Shown one piece after another: positions 20,565 to 29,269 of a stretch of 64,000 bases of DNA. This DNA is from an uncultured Syntrophomonadaceae bacterium (lineage in GTDB: Bacteria > Bacillota > Dethiobacteria > DTU022). The stretch covers positions 6,875 to 70,874 of the forward strand of contig CAYMIW010000002.1 in assembly GCA_964390725.1 (NCBI GenBank). Direction: 5' to 3'. Below the pieces are notes generated by a model. That model ran no database searches and had not been told where the DNA came from. It was given only the letters and a program-made list of their open reading frames with translations. The position numbers were made by a program, and so were the translations under genes. The first letter of the stretch is position 1. Every line of letters begins with the position of its first letter.

Positions 20565-21644
20565 TCAACTCATTTCAATAGATTTTACTTTGTTTATTCT
20601 CTCCAGAGCATATAAATCAGCTGCCCGATAGGGTGGTATTTTTTTTTCTTTGGACATTCTCATTATTTTCATAACTGTGTCATGTATGCCTTCTACTTTG
20701 GTGAATACTTTTTGACGATCATATCCACTGACTTCAGAGGCGACATTTATTAATCCACCGGCATTGATTATATAATCTGGTATATACCAAATACCTTGTT
20801 GATGTAAATAATCTCCATGTTTTTCACATTCTAAAACGTTATTTGCAGCACCTGCGATGATCTCGCATTTTAACCTTCCGATCGTATTATCATTGACAAC
20901 TGCTCCTAACGCACAGGGAGAATAGATATTACACTTAACATTAAATATATCATCAGGCTCAATTGCAACAGCATTAAATGCACTCACAGCTCGTTTAACT
21001 TGCGACATACAAATATCCGAAACTAATAAATTTGCGCCGTCATCATGTAAATATTGACACAAATTATAACCAACATTACCCAGCCCCTGAACGGCGATAA
21101 CAAGTCCCTTCATGGTATCCGAACCATTTAGGTAGCTGACTGCAGCTTTAATACCCTTGTAAACACCATAAGCAGTAAAGGGAGAAGGATCCCCACTTCC
21201 GGTGGAAGTGCCAACAACACAATTAGTTACCTGGTGAATAATGTCCATGTCATGCTGGTTTGTACCTACATCTTCAGCTGTTATATACCTGCCATTTAAA
21301 TAATTTAATGAACGACCATAAGCCTTAAGCATTCTCTCATTTTTGTCCCTTGAGCAGTCTCCTATGAGCACCGCTTTCCCACCACCTAAGTCTAAACCAC
21401 AGGCTGCTGCTTTGTATGTCATACCACGAGCCAACCTGAGCACATCAAGCAAGGCTTCATCTTCTGATCTGTAACTCCACATCCTCGTGCCGCCAAGTGC
21501 TGGCCCTAAAGTAGTATCATGAATGGCAACTATAGCTTTCATTTTGGTTGCGGGATCAAAAAAAAATGTTATTTGCTCGTAAGGTAAGTCCTTGCAATAG
21601 TTAAAAATACCCACATATATCATCCTTTCGCTTCGAATATCCAA
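20565..21644 (-). CDS. Glu/Leu/Phe/Val dehydrogenase family enzyme, leucine (branched-chain amino acid) dehydrogenase-like
   Basis: AIHDTTLGPALGGTRMW and catalytic-lysine motif LDLGGGKAVLIGD match leucine dehydrogenase. C-terminal Rossmann domain. Confidence 0.8.
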   Translation of the reverse strand: MDIRSERMIYVGIFNYCKDLPYEQITFFFDPATKMKAIVAIHDTTLGPALGGTRMWSYRSEDEALLDVLRLARGMTYKAAACGLDLGGGKAVLIGDCSRDKNERMLKAYGRSLNYLNGRYITAEDVGTNQHDMDIIHQVTNCVVGTSTGSGDPSPFTAYGVYKGIKAAVSYLNGSDTMKGLVIAVQGLGNVGYNLCQYLHDDGANLLVSDICMSQVKRAVSAFNAVAIEPDDIFNVKCNIYSPCALGAVVNDNTIGRLKCEIIAGAANNVLECEKHGDYLHQQGIWYIPDYIINAGGLINVASEVSGYDRQKVFTKVEGIHDTVMKIMRMSKEKKIPPYRAADLYALERINKVKSIEMS

Positions 21645-21773
21645 ACCCTATCAGCAATTTAGACCGGTGCATGCCTTAATGAAATCTTAAGCGACAAATA
21701 CTGCAACTTATCGAATCTAATTACGCCATGCTGAAAGCATACTTTATTGACCTGATGTTTTTTTTATTGCCAC

Positions 21774-22040
21774 TTAATTCCTGTTATTGTTAAGCTCACA
21801 TAATACACCTGTAACATCAATTAGTTTCTCAATCTGCTTAATAAGATATTCAAACGGTAGGTTGCTGATAGATTCTTTAACAGTAATGATGATTAATAAG
21901 GTTGAATTTTCATTTCTATTAACTAAGACATTCTCTATAACATAATCTTGACGCCGGATAACGCCGAATACTTTAGAAATTACATCACTTTTGTCTTTAG
22001 TATAAATCACCAAGGTTTTATTCAATGCTTTTACCATCAC
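21774..22040 (-). CDS. small ACT-domain-like protein
   Basis: 88-aa beta-alpha-beta-rich sequence resembling ACT regulatory domains. Weak call from composition and pattern only. Confidence 0.35.
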   Translation of the reverse strand: MMVKALNKTLVIYTKDKSDVISKVFGVIRRQDYVIENVLVNRNENSTLLIIITVKESISNLPFEYLIKQIEKLIDVTGVLCELNNNRN

Positions 22041-22070
22041 TCTTCAATCAATTTTCATTTTAATGTGACT

Positions 22071-22619
22071 TCAAATGCTGCAGAGATCGTATTCATGGCC
22101 TGCTTTTAAAGCCTTAATATTGGCATCGATAAGGTTAAGTTTGTGTGGCGGCAAAACTTCTTCAAGCGCTCTATAAATATTTTCAATATATAGAACTTTA
22201 GTGTGTTTTACAAAAGCACCAATGATAACAAGATTAGCCACCCTGTTATCACCGAGCTCCTTAGCGATCTCACCTGCTTCTATTGAAAACAATTGATGGC
22301 TACTTGAAGGAGGTAAATTTTCTGTAGGAGTCTTGTTGAAAATAATTACACCATTGTTTTTTACGGTATGATGGAATTTATCGTATGATGGCTTATTAAA
22401 AGCCAATAATGCATCAGGTTCTTCAATCAGAGGTGAATTAATATCTATGTCAGATATTTGGACTAAACAATGAGCTGTTCCTCCACGCATTTCAACACCA
22501 TACGAAGGAACCCAGGTTACTTTTTTACCTTCAAGCATTGCAGTATGAGCAAAAAGGTATCCGCAGAAAAGTACGCCCTGACCGCCAAAACCGGATATTA
22601 CCAATCCATACTTACTCAC
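22071..22619 (-). CDS. 2-oxoacid:ferredoxin oxidoreductase gamma subunit (VorC/PorC-like)
   Basis: N-terminal LVISGFGGQGVLFCG is the signature of POR/VOR gamma subunits. Confidence 0.8.
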   Translation of the reverse strand: MSKYGLVISGFGGQGVLFCGYLFAHTAMLEGKKVTWVPSYGVEMRGGTAHCLVQISDIDINSPLIEEPDALLAFNKPSYDKFHHTVKNNGVIIFNKTPTENLPPSSSHQLFSIEAGEIAKELGDNRVANLVIIGAFVKHTKVLYIENIYRALEEVLPPHKLNLIDANIKALKAGHEYDLCSI

Positions 22620-23398
22620 AGCACAACAGCTCCCGGATCTTTTATTTTGCCTAATTTATAAAAAGGTAGCATCTCTGTTTCTACCCATTTAATTGATTGT
22701 ATGGGGGTCATGTTCCAGTTTGTAGGGCAGGTAGAAAGCACTTCAACAAAGGAATAACCCAGATTATTAAGTTGAACAAGGAATGCTTCTTTTATAGCAA
22801 TTTTTGCTTTTGCAATATGATGAGGGTTCTGCGCAGAAACACGATTGACGTAAACTGCACCACCAATGTGGCTCAATAATTCAGCGACCAATACTGGCTC
22901 TCCATTGTAATCTTTTTTTCTCCCGTCAGGCGTGGTTGTGGTTCGTTGATTTAATAATGAAGTCGGAGCCATTTGTCCTCCTGTCATACCATAGCAGGCA
23001 TTATTAATAAATATAGTTGTTATGGACTCTCCACGAATTGCTGCATGGAGGAATTCAGCCATTCCGATTGAAGCGAGATCGCCATCTCCCTGGTATGTAA
23101 ATACAAAATTTTTAGGATTAACTCTTTTTACACCAGTTGCAACTGCCGGTGCCCTGCCATGCGCCGCTTGAACTACATCAAAGTTGAAATAGTTGCCGGC
23201 GAAAACAGCACATCCAACCGGAGATATCCCTACAGTAAGCTCTCTTAGATCAAGCTCATCAACTAATTCTGCAATAATGCGGTGAATAATTCCATGAGTA
23301 CATCCAGCACAATAATGAGTCCTTAGATTTGCTAATGCTTCTGGCTTAGTGTGCAATTTTTGGTTAATGACATATGCCTCCTTATACAATATAGTCAT
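22616..23398 (-). CDS. 2-oxoacid:ferredoxin oxidoreductase beta subunit (TPP-binding)
   Basis: YCAGCTHGIIHR and GDGD...A thiamine-pyrophosphate binding pattern. Overlaps the gamma gene by 4 nt. Confidence 0.85.
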   Translation of the reverse strand: MTILYKEAYVINQKLHTKPEALANLRTHYCAGCTHGIIHRIIAELVDELDLRELTVGISPVGCAVFAGNYFNFDVVQAAHGRAPAVATGVKRVNPKNFVFTYQGDGDLASIGMAEFLHAAIRGESITTIFINNACYGMTGGQMAPTSLLNQRTTTTPDGRKKDYNGEPVLVAELLSHIGGAVYVNRVSAQNPHHIAKAKIAIKEAFLVQLNNLGYSFVEVLSTCPTNWNMTPIQSIKWVETEMLPFYKLGKIKDPGAVVL

Positions 23399-23405
23399 TG
23401 CATGT

Positions 23406-24458
23406 CTAATTTACAGATCTGATTATTTCCAGTATTTCTGACACATTTGGAATCATTCCACCCATACGGCCATAAAAATGAACCGGCATTATACCATTTA
23501 CCAACAACCTGACATCGTCTACCATTTGACCGGCACTCATCTCGACGACCAATACGGCTTTAGCGGAATTTATCTTTTTATTTATTATATCTTCGGGAAA
23601 TGGCCAAAGTGTAATTGGCCTGATTAAACCTGCTTTAATCCCATGAGAGCGCGCCAAATTAACTGCCTCTTTTGCAATGCGAGCAGAAGTGCCATAAGCG
23701 ATAAGAACAATCACTGCATCATTAATATGATACATTTCCGATCTTTGCTCATTTAAATGGATTTCTTTATATTTTTCTTGGAGTCTGATATTCAATGCTT
23801 CCAACTCAGATGGTTCTAGATACAGGGTGTTGATTTGATTTTTAGATCTGCCTTTACAGCCATTGGTAACCCAGAGTTTGAAGTTAAAATGTTTGTCTGT
23901 TTTTGACTTAATATCTAAATCAACCGTTTCCATCATCTGACCCAGCAAGCCATCACTCAAAATCATGACCGGTATCCGATATTTTTCGGATAAGAAAAAT
24001 GAAAGCTCAGTTAGCGTGAAGATTTCTTGCACTGAAGTAGGTGCCAAGACAATCATCCTATAGTCTCCATGACCACCTCCCCTGGTAGCCTGAAAGTAGT
24101 CTGACTGAGCTGGTTGTATGCCACCAAGCCCCGGCCCTCCACGCATAACATTTACAATAACACAGGGTAATTCCGCGGCTGCTAAATATGATATCCCTTC
24201 CATTTTTAAACTTATTCCCGGACTTGACGATGATGTCATAGCGCGGCCTCCTGCCGCAGCTGCGCCATATACCATGTTTATGGCAGAAATTTCACTTTCG
24301 GCCTGCACAAATACACCCCCGGCCTGACGTAAATTTTTAGCTAAATATTCAGTCAATTCATTCTGCGGTGTTATCGGATAGCCAGCATAAAACTGGCAGC
24401 CTGCTGCTATAGCAGCTGCACCAATTGCCTCATTGCCCTTCATAAGAAGTGTTCCCAT
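23406..24458 (-). CDS. 2-oxoacid:ferredoxin oxidoreductase alpha subunit (ORF extends to 24503; start at MGTLLMKGNEA more consistent with the family)
   Basis: LLMKGNEAIGAAAIAAGCQFYAGYPITP is the conserved POR/VOR alpha N-terminus. Confidence 0.8.
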   Translation of the reverse strand: MGTLLMKGNEAIGAAAIAAGCQFYAGYPITPQNELTEYLAKNLRQAGGVFVQAESEISAINMVYGAAAAGGRAMTSSSSPGISLKMEGISYLAAAELPCVIVNVMRGGPGLGGIQPAQSDYFQATRGGGHGDYRMIVLAPTSVQEIFTLTELSFFLSEKYRIPVMILSDGLLGQMMETVDLDIKSKTDKHFNFKLWVTNGCKGRSKNQINTLYLEPSELEALNIRLQEKYKEIHLNEQRSEMYHINDAVIVLIAYGTSARIAKEAVNLARSHGIKAGLIRPITLWPFPEDIINKKINSAKAVLVVEMSAGQMVDDVRLLVNGIMPVHFYGRMGGMIPNVSEILEIIRSVN

Positions 24459-25213
24459 AATAACAGCTCCTATTCTCAGATGAACAGATAAAATCATATA
24501 CATTACTATGAATCAGGAAATAATATAAGCGTTGCAAGCAAGTTAAGCAAAGACCTGCTCTTAATCTGACGCAAAATAGTCGCAGTTAAGAGTTAAACCT
24601 GGCTGAGGAAATAACTGATTTTTTCAGTCAAAAGTTGCTTTTTAAACTCGGTTGGCTAAATTAAACTATCCATCGATAGGTAGTATATTATATATTCTAT
24701 ATTATATACTATATAATACATAGAAAAGGTTTTGTCAAGATCTTTTTTCAGGCTTCTTGCCGTGTTGATGATTGTGTTTTTTAACAGTCCCTGGGTGTGT
24801 AGAATGTTTTAGTTCTTAAACAACATTGCTCCAAAGAGATCTTTCAAGTGCAAAAAAGAAGAAAGTAACAAGGAGATTGATGATGGAAGAGATTTAGATG
24901 CTGTTTATGGAGCTAAGACCTACTATGGTGCTCGTAAAGATGGTAAGTTATGAGATACACCAACTTATTGGTTTTGCTACAAGCATTATTTAAAGGTGTC
25001 CAGATGTGCCGTTAATCTGTCCGGATGATTCCGGATTCAGTGTCCGGTTACGGCCGAAATACGCATTTAAAAGCAAATATTGTTTTCAACGCAAATGGCT
25101 CTGCAAAGCTAATCTGTCTTTTAACTTTATTTAATATAGAATATAATTGTTTTAATGGCAGGTTTACTTCATATAAATCATGAAAATAAATATTTTGAAA
25201 GGGGATGAAGTAA

Positions 25214-25891
25214 TTGATGCAAGTAGAAAACTTCATATCAAAACGTTCACTTACCGAGCAGCTATATGACAAGTTACGTCATGACATAACTCATAAAGCT
25301 ATCAAGTGTGGAGAAAAAATTGATATTTCAAAGCTTAAAGAGGAGCTTAACATTAGCCAAACCCCAATCCGGGAGGCAATTATTAAGCTGGAACAAGAAG
25401 GTTTGGTTGATTTTATTCCTAATGTAGGTGCCAGGGTAATCAATATTGTTCAGAAAGATGTAAGCCAGATTTTTGATGTAAACTGTATTCTTGACTGCGG
25501 AGCTATATCGCTGGCTTATCTAAGCAATAAATTTGAAAATCTGGTTGCAGAATTAAAGAACTACACCGAAGCTCATTTAGAGCTTGCTTCATCGAATCCA
25601 ACAGATGAGTACTGGAGACAAGCAATGAGCGTTCATATTGTATTCTATAAATATGCTGATAATGATGCTTTGTATAGAGTTGCGAAGCAAATTGAGGCTA
25701 AAACAGATATTCTTTTTGGTGAATACAACATATCAGAAAAAAATCGCTGTATTGGAGCTGAAGAACATTATGCAATTTACAAAGCTACTGAAGAATTTGA
25801 TTGCCAAAAAACTATTGAGGCTATGCAAAAGCATTGGGGGAATGCTAAGCTCAGGCTGCTTAAGTGGTGCGATGATCAAGGCTATAAGTAA
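25214..25891 (+). CDS. GntR-family transcriptional regulator with FCD ligand-binding domain (FadR subfamily)
   Basis: N-terminal wHTH (ISKLKEELNISQTPIREAIIKLEQEGLV) plus an all-helical C-terminal domain. Divergent from the VOR–mutase operon. Confidence 0.8.
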   Translation: MMQVENFISKRSLTEQLYDKLRHDITHKAIKCGEKIDISKLKEELNISQTPIREAIIKLEQEGLVDFIPNVGARVINIVQKDVSQIFDVNCILDCGAISLAYLSNKFENLVAELKNYTEAHLELASSNPTDEYWRQAMSVHIVFYKYADNDALYRVAKQIEAKTDILFGEYNISEKNRCIGAEEHYAIYKATEEFDCQKTIEAMQKHWGNAKLRLLKWCDDQGYK

Positions 25892-26158
25892 AATCAATTA
25901 ACAGGTTTTGATCGTCAGATTGTCAAGGAGACGGGGTTGTTGAGATTTGTTGCCACCAGAATTTACTCCTTTTCACGGGCGTTATTATTGTTGAGAAGCT
26001 TCTGCCAAATATAATCACGCTAAAATCATTTAACCAATACAGTAGAATTAATACCTTTTCTTTTGTTGATAGCAACATCACACACCGAAGGATGATACAT
26101 ACTATGCAGGAAAAATTATTTAAGAGAGGTTCATAATAACATCATTCCTTTTTTGTCT

Positions 26159-26917
26159 TCAGATAATCTTTTGACTTATTAAACCAAGCAAATCAATTAT
26201 ATCCGGCATAATACATAATAGGGTCAGGTCTTGCAATTCAACTGTAAACGGTAAAATAAAATGGAAGGATGGGGGGTGCAGACGTTTTCTTGGAGAAATC
26301 ACACCGCCAATCCCAACTGTACTCATTGAGCCAAGTAAGCCGGGATCTTCCAGACGTTGGCTAAAGACTAATGAGGTGTATTGCGAACCATGATCAGAAA
26401 GATGGGTAAGCTCCTTATGGGGCCTACGATTCCAAACGGCCATGTTAAGGGCACTTACCACTAAATCAGCAACCGGTTTTTTGCTCATTGGCCAACCGGT
26501 AGCGATCCGAAAAAACAGGTCAATAATCACCGCCAGGAAAAGCCAGCCTTCAGAGGTATCGTGCCGGGTAATATCCAGCTACCCAGAGTTGGTTAGGTTC
26601 AATTGCTGTGAAGGAATGCTCAACAAGGTCAGGATAAACCAGTCGGATCAAGTCTCTTTTTATGTGGCCGTTATTCTTACGACGATGCTCTCCGACAAGG
26701 TCTTCTTCACACATTAACCGGGTAACCCGTTTTCCAAGCAACTAATACCAAGTTCAAATGTAAGTACGGCGTGAATTCTGGGTGCGCCGTAGGTAACTTC
26801 ACTATCATCATGAATTTCTCTAATTAGCTCTTTGAGCATGATGTCTTTCAAAGATAAGGAGAAAGTTTCCGCTCTAAAATTACTCCAAGTATTGAAGTAT
26901 CCACCAAAATGGGTCAA
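26159..26917 (-). mobile_element. degenerate IS3-family transposase (OrfB/rve integrase core) remnant, broken by frameshifts and stops
   Basis: Three consecutive minus-strand ORF fragments in different frames: YGAPRIHAVL (HTH_21), NQLWVAGYY (start of rve domain), HLSDHGSQYTSLVF...GSMS (DDE integrase core). No intact ORF. Confidence 0.6.
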
Positions 26918-27289
26918 GTCCGTGATAACGTAATTCTTTTAGATAGAACACCAATAAGTCAGGTTACCAGAGAAAATGTTCATGACCAGTTTTGCATGGT
27001 TTTACAGGATGCCTGGATATGTTGAGGGTACGATTAAAGAAAACATCGTCTTCGCAAAACAAGGGTTAGTGATGAACTGGTTATTGCCGCCGGTTTGGCT
27101 GTTGGGTCGCATCGCTTTATTCAGAACTATATTATAGCCAATTTGTGCAGGACTGCATAATTAACAGTCGAAGAAACAGATCAGTAAATAAACTTCATAT
27201 TGTGTTCATAATTCTGATCTAAACTTGTTTTATAAATTTTAGGGTTTCGGGTATAGATATAATGAGCAGAGGGATAGGAGAGGTGCCTT

Positions 27290-27964
27290 TTGGTAAATAT
27301 ATTGGTGGTTGAGGATAATGAAAAGCTAAGGCAGCTTATGTGTATTCACCTTGTACGCACCGGGTATAATGTTTTTGAAGCAGGTAACGGCTTTGAGGCG
27401 CTGGATGCCTTGGAAAAAGAAGCCATACATCTTATTGTAGCAGATATCATGATGCCTAAGATGGACGGTTATGAGTTAACCGGTGAGCTCCGAGGGGCAG
27501 GGATTACAATTCCCGTATTGTTGGTTACCGCAAAGGAAACTTTAGAGGATAAAAGAAAAGGCTTTAAAACAGGTGTAGATGACTATATGGTAAAACCGAT
27601 AGATATGGAAGAACTGTTGCTCAGAGTTGAGGCGCTACTGCGGCGCTCTAACCTGTCAGGTAGCCATATCCTTAACGTTGGCGCATCAACCTTAAATTCA
27701 GAATCATTGATGGTTACTTTTGGCGAGTGTATTATTTCTCTTCCGCAGAAGGAATTCCTGCTTCTACATATGCTATTGTCCTACCCAAATAAAATATTCA
27801 CACGAAATATTCTAATGGACGAAATCTGGGGCTATGAAAGCGAATCAGACTCACGTACAGTTGATGTTCATATTATGCGCTTGAGAGAAAAGTTTGCGGA
27901 TTCGCCGGATTTTGAGCTTGAAACCGTTAGAGGACTCGGGTATAGAGCGGTGATTAAACGATGA
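27290..27964 (+). CDS. OmpR-family response regulator (REC + winged-helix)
   Basis: TTG start with RBS ggagagg. VVEDNEKL...ADIMMPKMDG receiver. C-terminal trans_reg_C (VDVHIMRLREKF...GLGYRA). Confidence 0.85.
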   Translation: MVNILVVEDNEKLRQLMCIHLVRTGYNVFEAGNGFEALDALEKEAIHLIVADIMMPKMDGYELTGELRGAGITIPVLLVTAKETLEDKRKGFKTGVDDYMVKPIDMEELLLRVEALLRRSNLSGSHILNVGASTLNSESLMVTFGECIISLPQKEFLLLHMLLSYPNKIFTRNILMDEIWGYESESDSRTVDVHIMRLREKFADSPDFELETVRGLGYRAVIKR

Positions 27965-29007
27965 AACGCATCCAAACGAAGTTTGCCATATTCCTGGTTC
28001 TTACTGTATTAGCATCATCATTACTAGCAACTCTGCTCTCATTTTTCATCAGCGGCATTCTGGCTACCAGAGGGAACCCTGCTGCCTTTTATCTGGGTTT
28101 TGCTCTGAAAGAGATCTTGACACCAGTTTTTACTGTAATAATCTCAGTAATAATTATTGCGACAATTTCAAGAAAAGCTGTATCGCCTGTTGTTGAACTG
28201 TCGAACGCAACGAAGCAGATTGCTTCGGGGAAGTTTGATATCAGCTTAAATAGCTTGGAAAGAAAGGATGAGTTCGGACAGCTGGCACAGAATTTTATGA
28301 TCATGGCCCAGGAATTGAAGTCAAACCAATACCTGGCCAAAGATTTTATATCGAATGTTTCTCATGAATTCAGAACACCACTCGCGATTATTTCAGGATA
28401 TGCCAAACTGATAGATAGTGACCAAATCACCAAAGAGGAACGCCATGATTACTTCATGAAGATCCAAAGTGAAACTGGTCGTCTTATAAAACTTGTTAGT
28501 AATATCTTGAATCTTTCAAAGCTTGACAATCGGAAAATACAAGAGCAACCCACACGGTTCTATTTAGATGAACAAATCCGTCAGGCAATATTATCCTTGG
28601 ATCCTCAATGGCGGGTCAAAGGAATTCAGCTGAACGTGGATTTGCCGGAAGTCAGCTATTATGGAAACGAAGATCTGCTGGCCCAGGTGTGGATCAACAT
28701 TCTCGATAACGCAGTTAAATTTACAGGTGTAAACGGTACGATTAGTGTTCAAATGTGTGTTGATAGTCACATGATAATCATAGAAATTGCGGATAACGGC
28801 ATTGGGATGGATGCCACCACGCAATTGAGGATATTTGAGCGGTTCTATCAGGGGGACTCCTCCCATTCAGATCAAGGCTACGGGCTTGGTCTTGCTTTGG
28901 TTAAACAGATACTAGAGGTATTAGGGGCCAGTATCACTATTGACAGTGAGCCGGGTGTTGGCTCAGTGTTTACCGTTTCTATCCCGTTTAACCCTGCGGC
29001 GACTTGA
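27961..29007 (+). CDS. sensor histidine kinase (2 TM, HAMP, HisKA, HATPase_c)
   Basis: H-box SHEFRTPL. N/G boxes (ILDNAVKFT, DNGIGMD, GYGLGLALV). 4-nt overlap with the response-regulator gene. Confidence 0.85.
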   Translation: MKRIQTKFAIFLVLTVLASSLLATLLSFFISGILATRGNPAAFYLGFALKEILTPVFTVIISVIIIATISRKAVSPVVELSNATKQIASGKFDISLNSLERKDEFGQLAQNFMIMAQELKSNQYLAKDFISNVSHEFRTPLAIISGYAKLIDSDQITKEERHDYFMKIQSETGRLIKLVSNILNLSKLDNRKIQEQPTRFYLDEQIRQAILSLDPQWRVKGIQLNVDLPEVSYYGNEDLLAQVWINILDNAVKFTGVNGTISVQMCVDSHMIIIEIADNGIGMDATTQLRIFERFYQGDSSHSDQGYGLGLALVKQILEVLGASITIDSEPGVGSVFTVSIPFNPAAT

Positions 29008-29045
29008 TTTTCATATAAACAATTTATTCATAAATATGTAAGGTA

Positions 29046-29095
29046 AGGCGTGTCGCACAAAACTTATTAATAATATTGTGTGCCACGCTTTTATG
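29046..29095 (+). terminator. putative rho-independent terminator after the histidine kinase gene
   Basis: Imperfect inverted repeat GGCGTGTCGCACAA...TTGTGTGCCACGC followed by TTTTATGTTTGT. Confidence 0.4.
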
Positions 29096-29269
29096 TTTGT
29101 GCAGTTCATTTATGGTTCATAAATGCGTGGTAATTTTATGCACGAGCTTGATAGTCTGGAATCTATCATTGCCACTGTCAGAGAAAATATTCTGTAAAGC
29201 AGTAGTAAAGACAGTGCGGAAGTTCAGTTCAAACGTCAAGAGAAATGTTAATGCGGGGGAGTTGATATA

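Noticed and set aside
24504-25213. T-box leader upstream of the branched-chain amino acid operon
   Set aside because: Searched the region (as reverse complement) for the T-box consensus AATTAGGGTGGNACCGCG or CCGCGGTNCCACCCTAATT and found no match.
26930-27130. Possible N-terminal OrfA (HTH/leucine-zipper) part of the IS3 element
   Set aside because: Minus-strand translation of this segment does not resemble IS3 OrfA, so the remnant was limited to 26159-26917.
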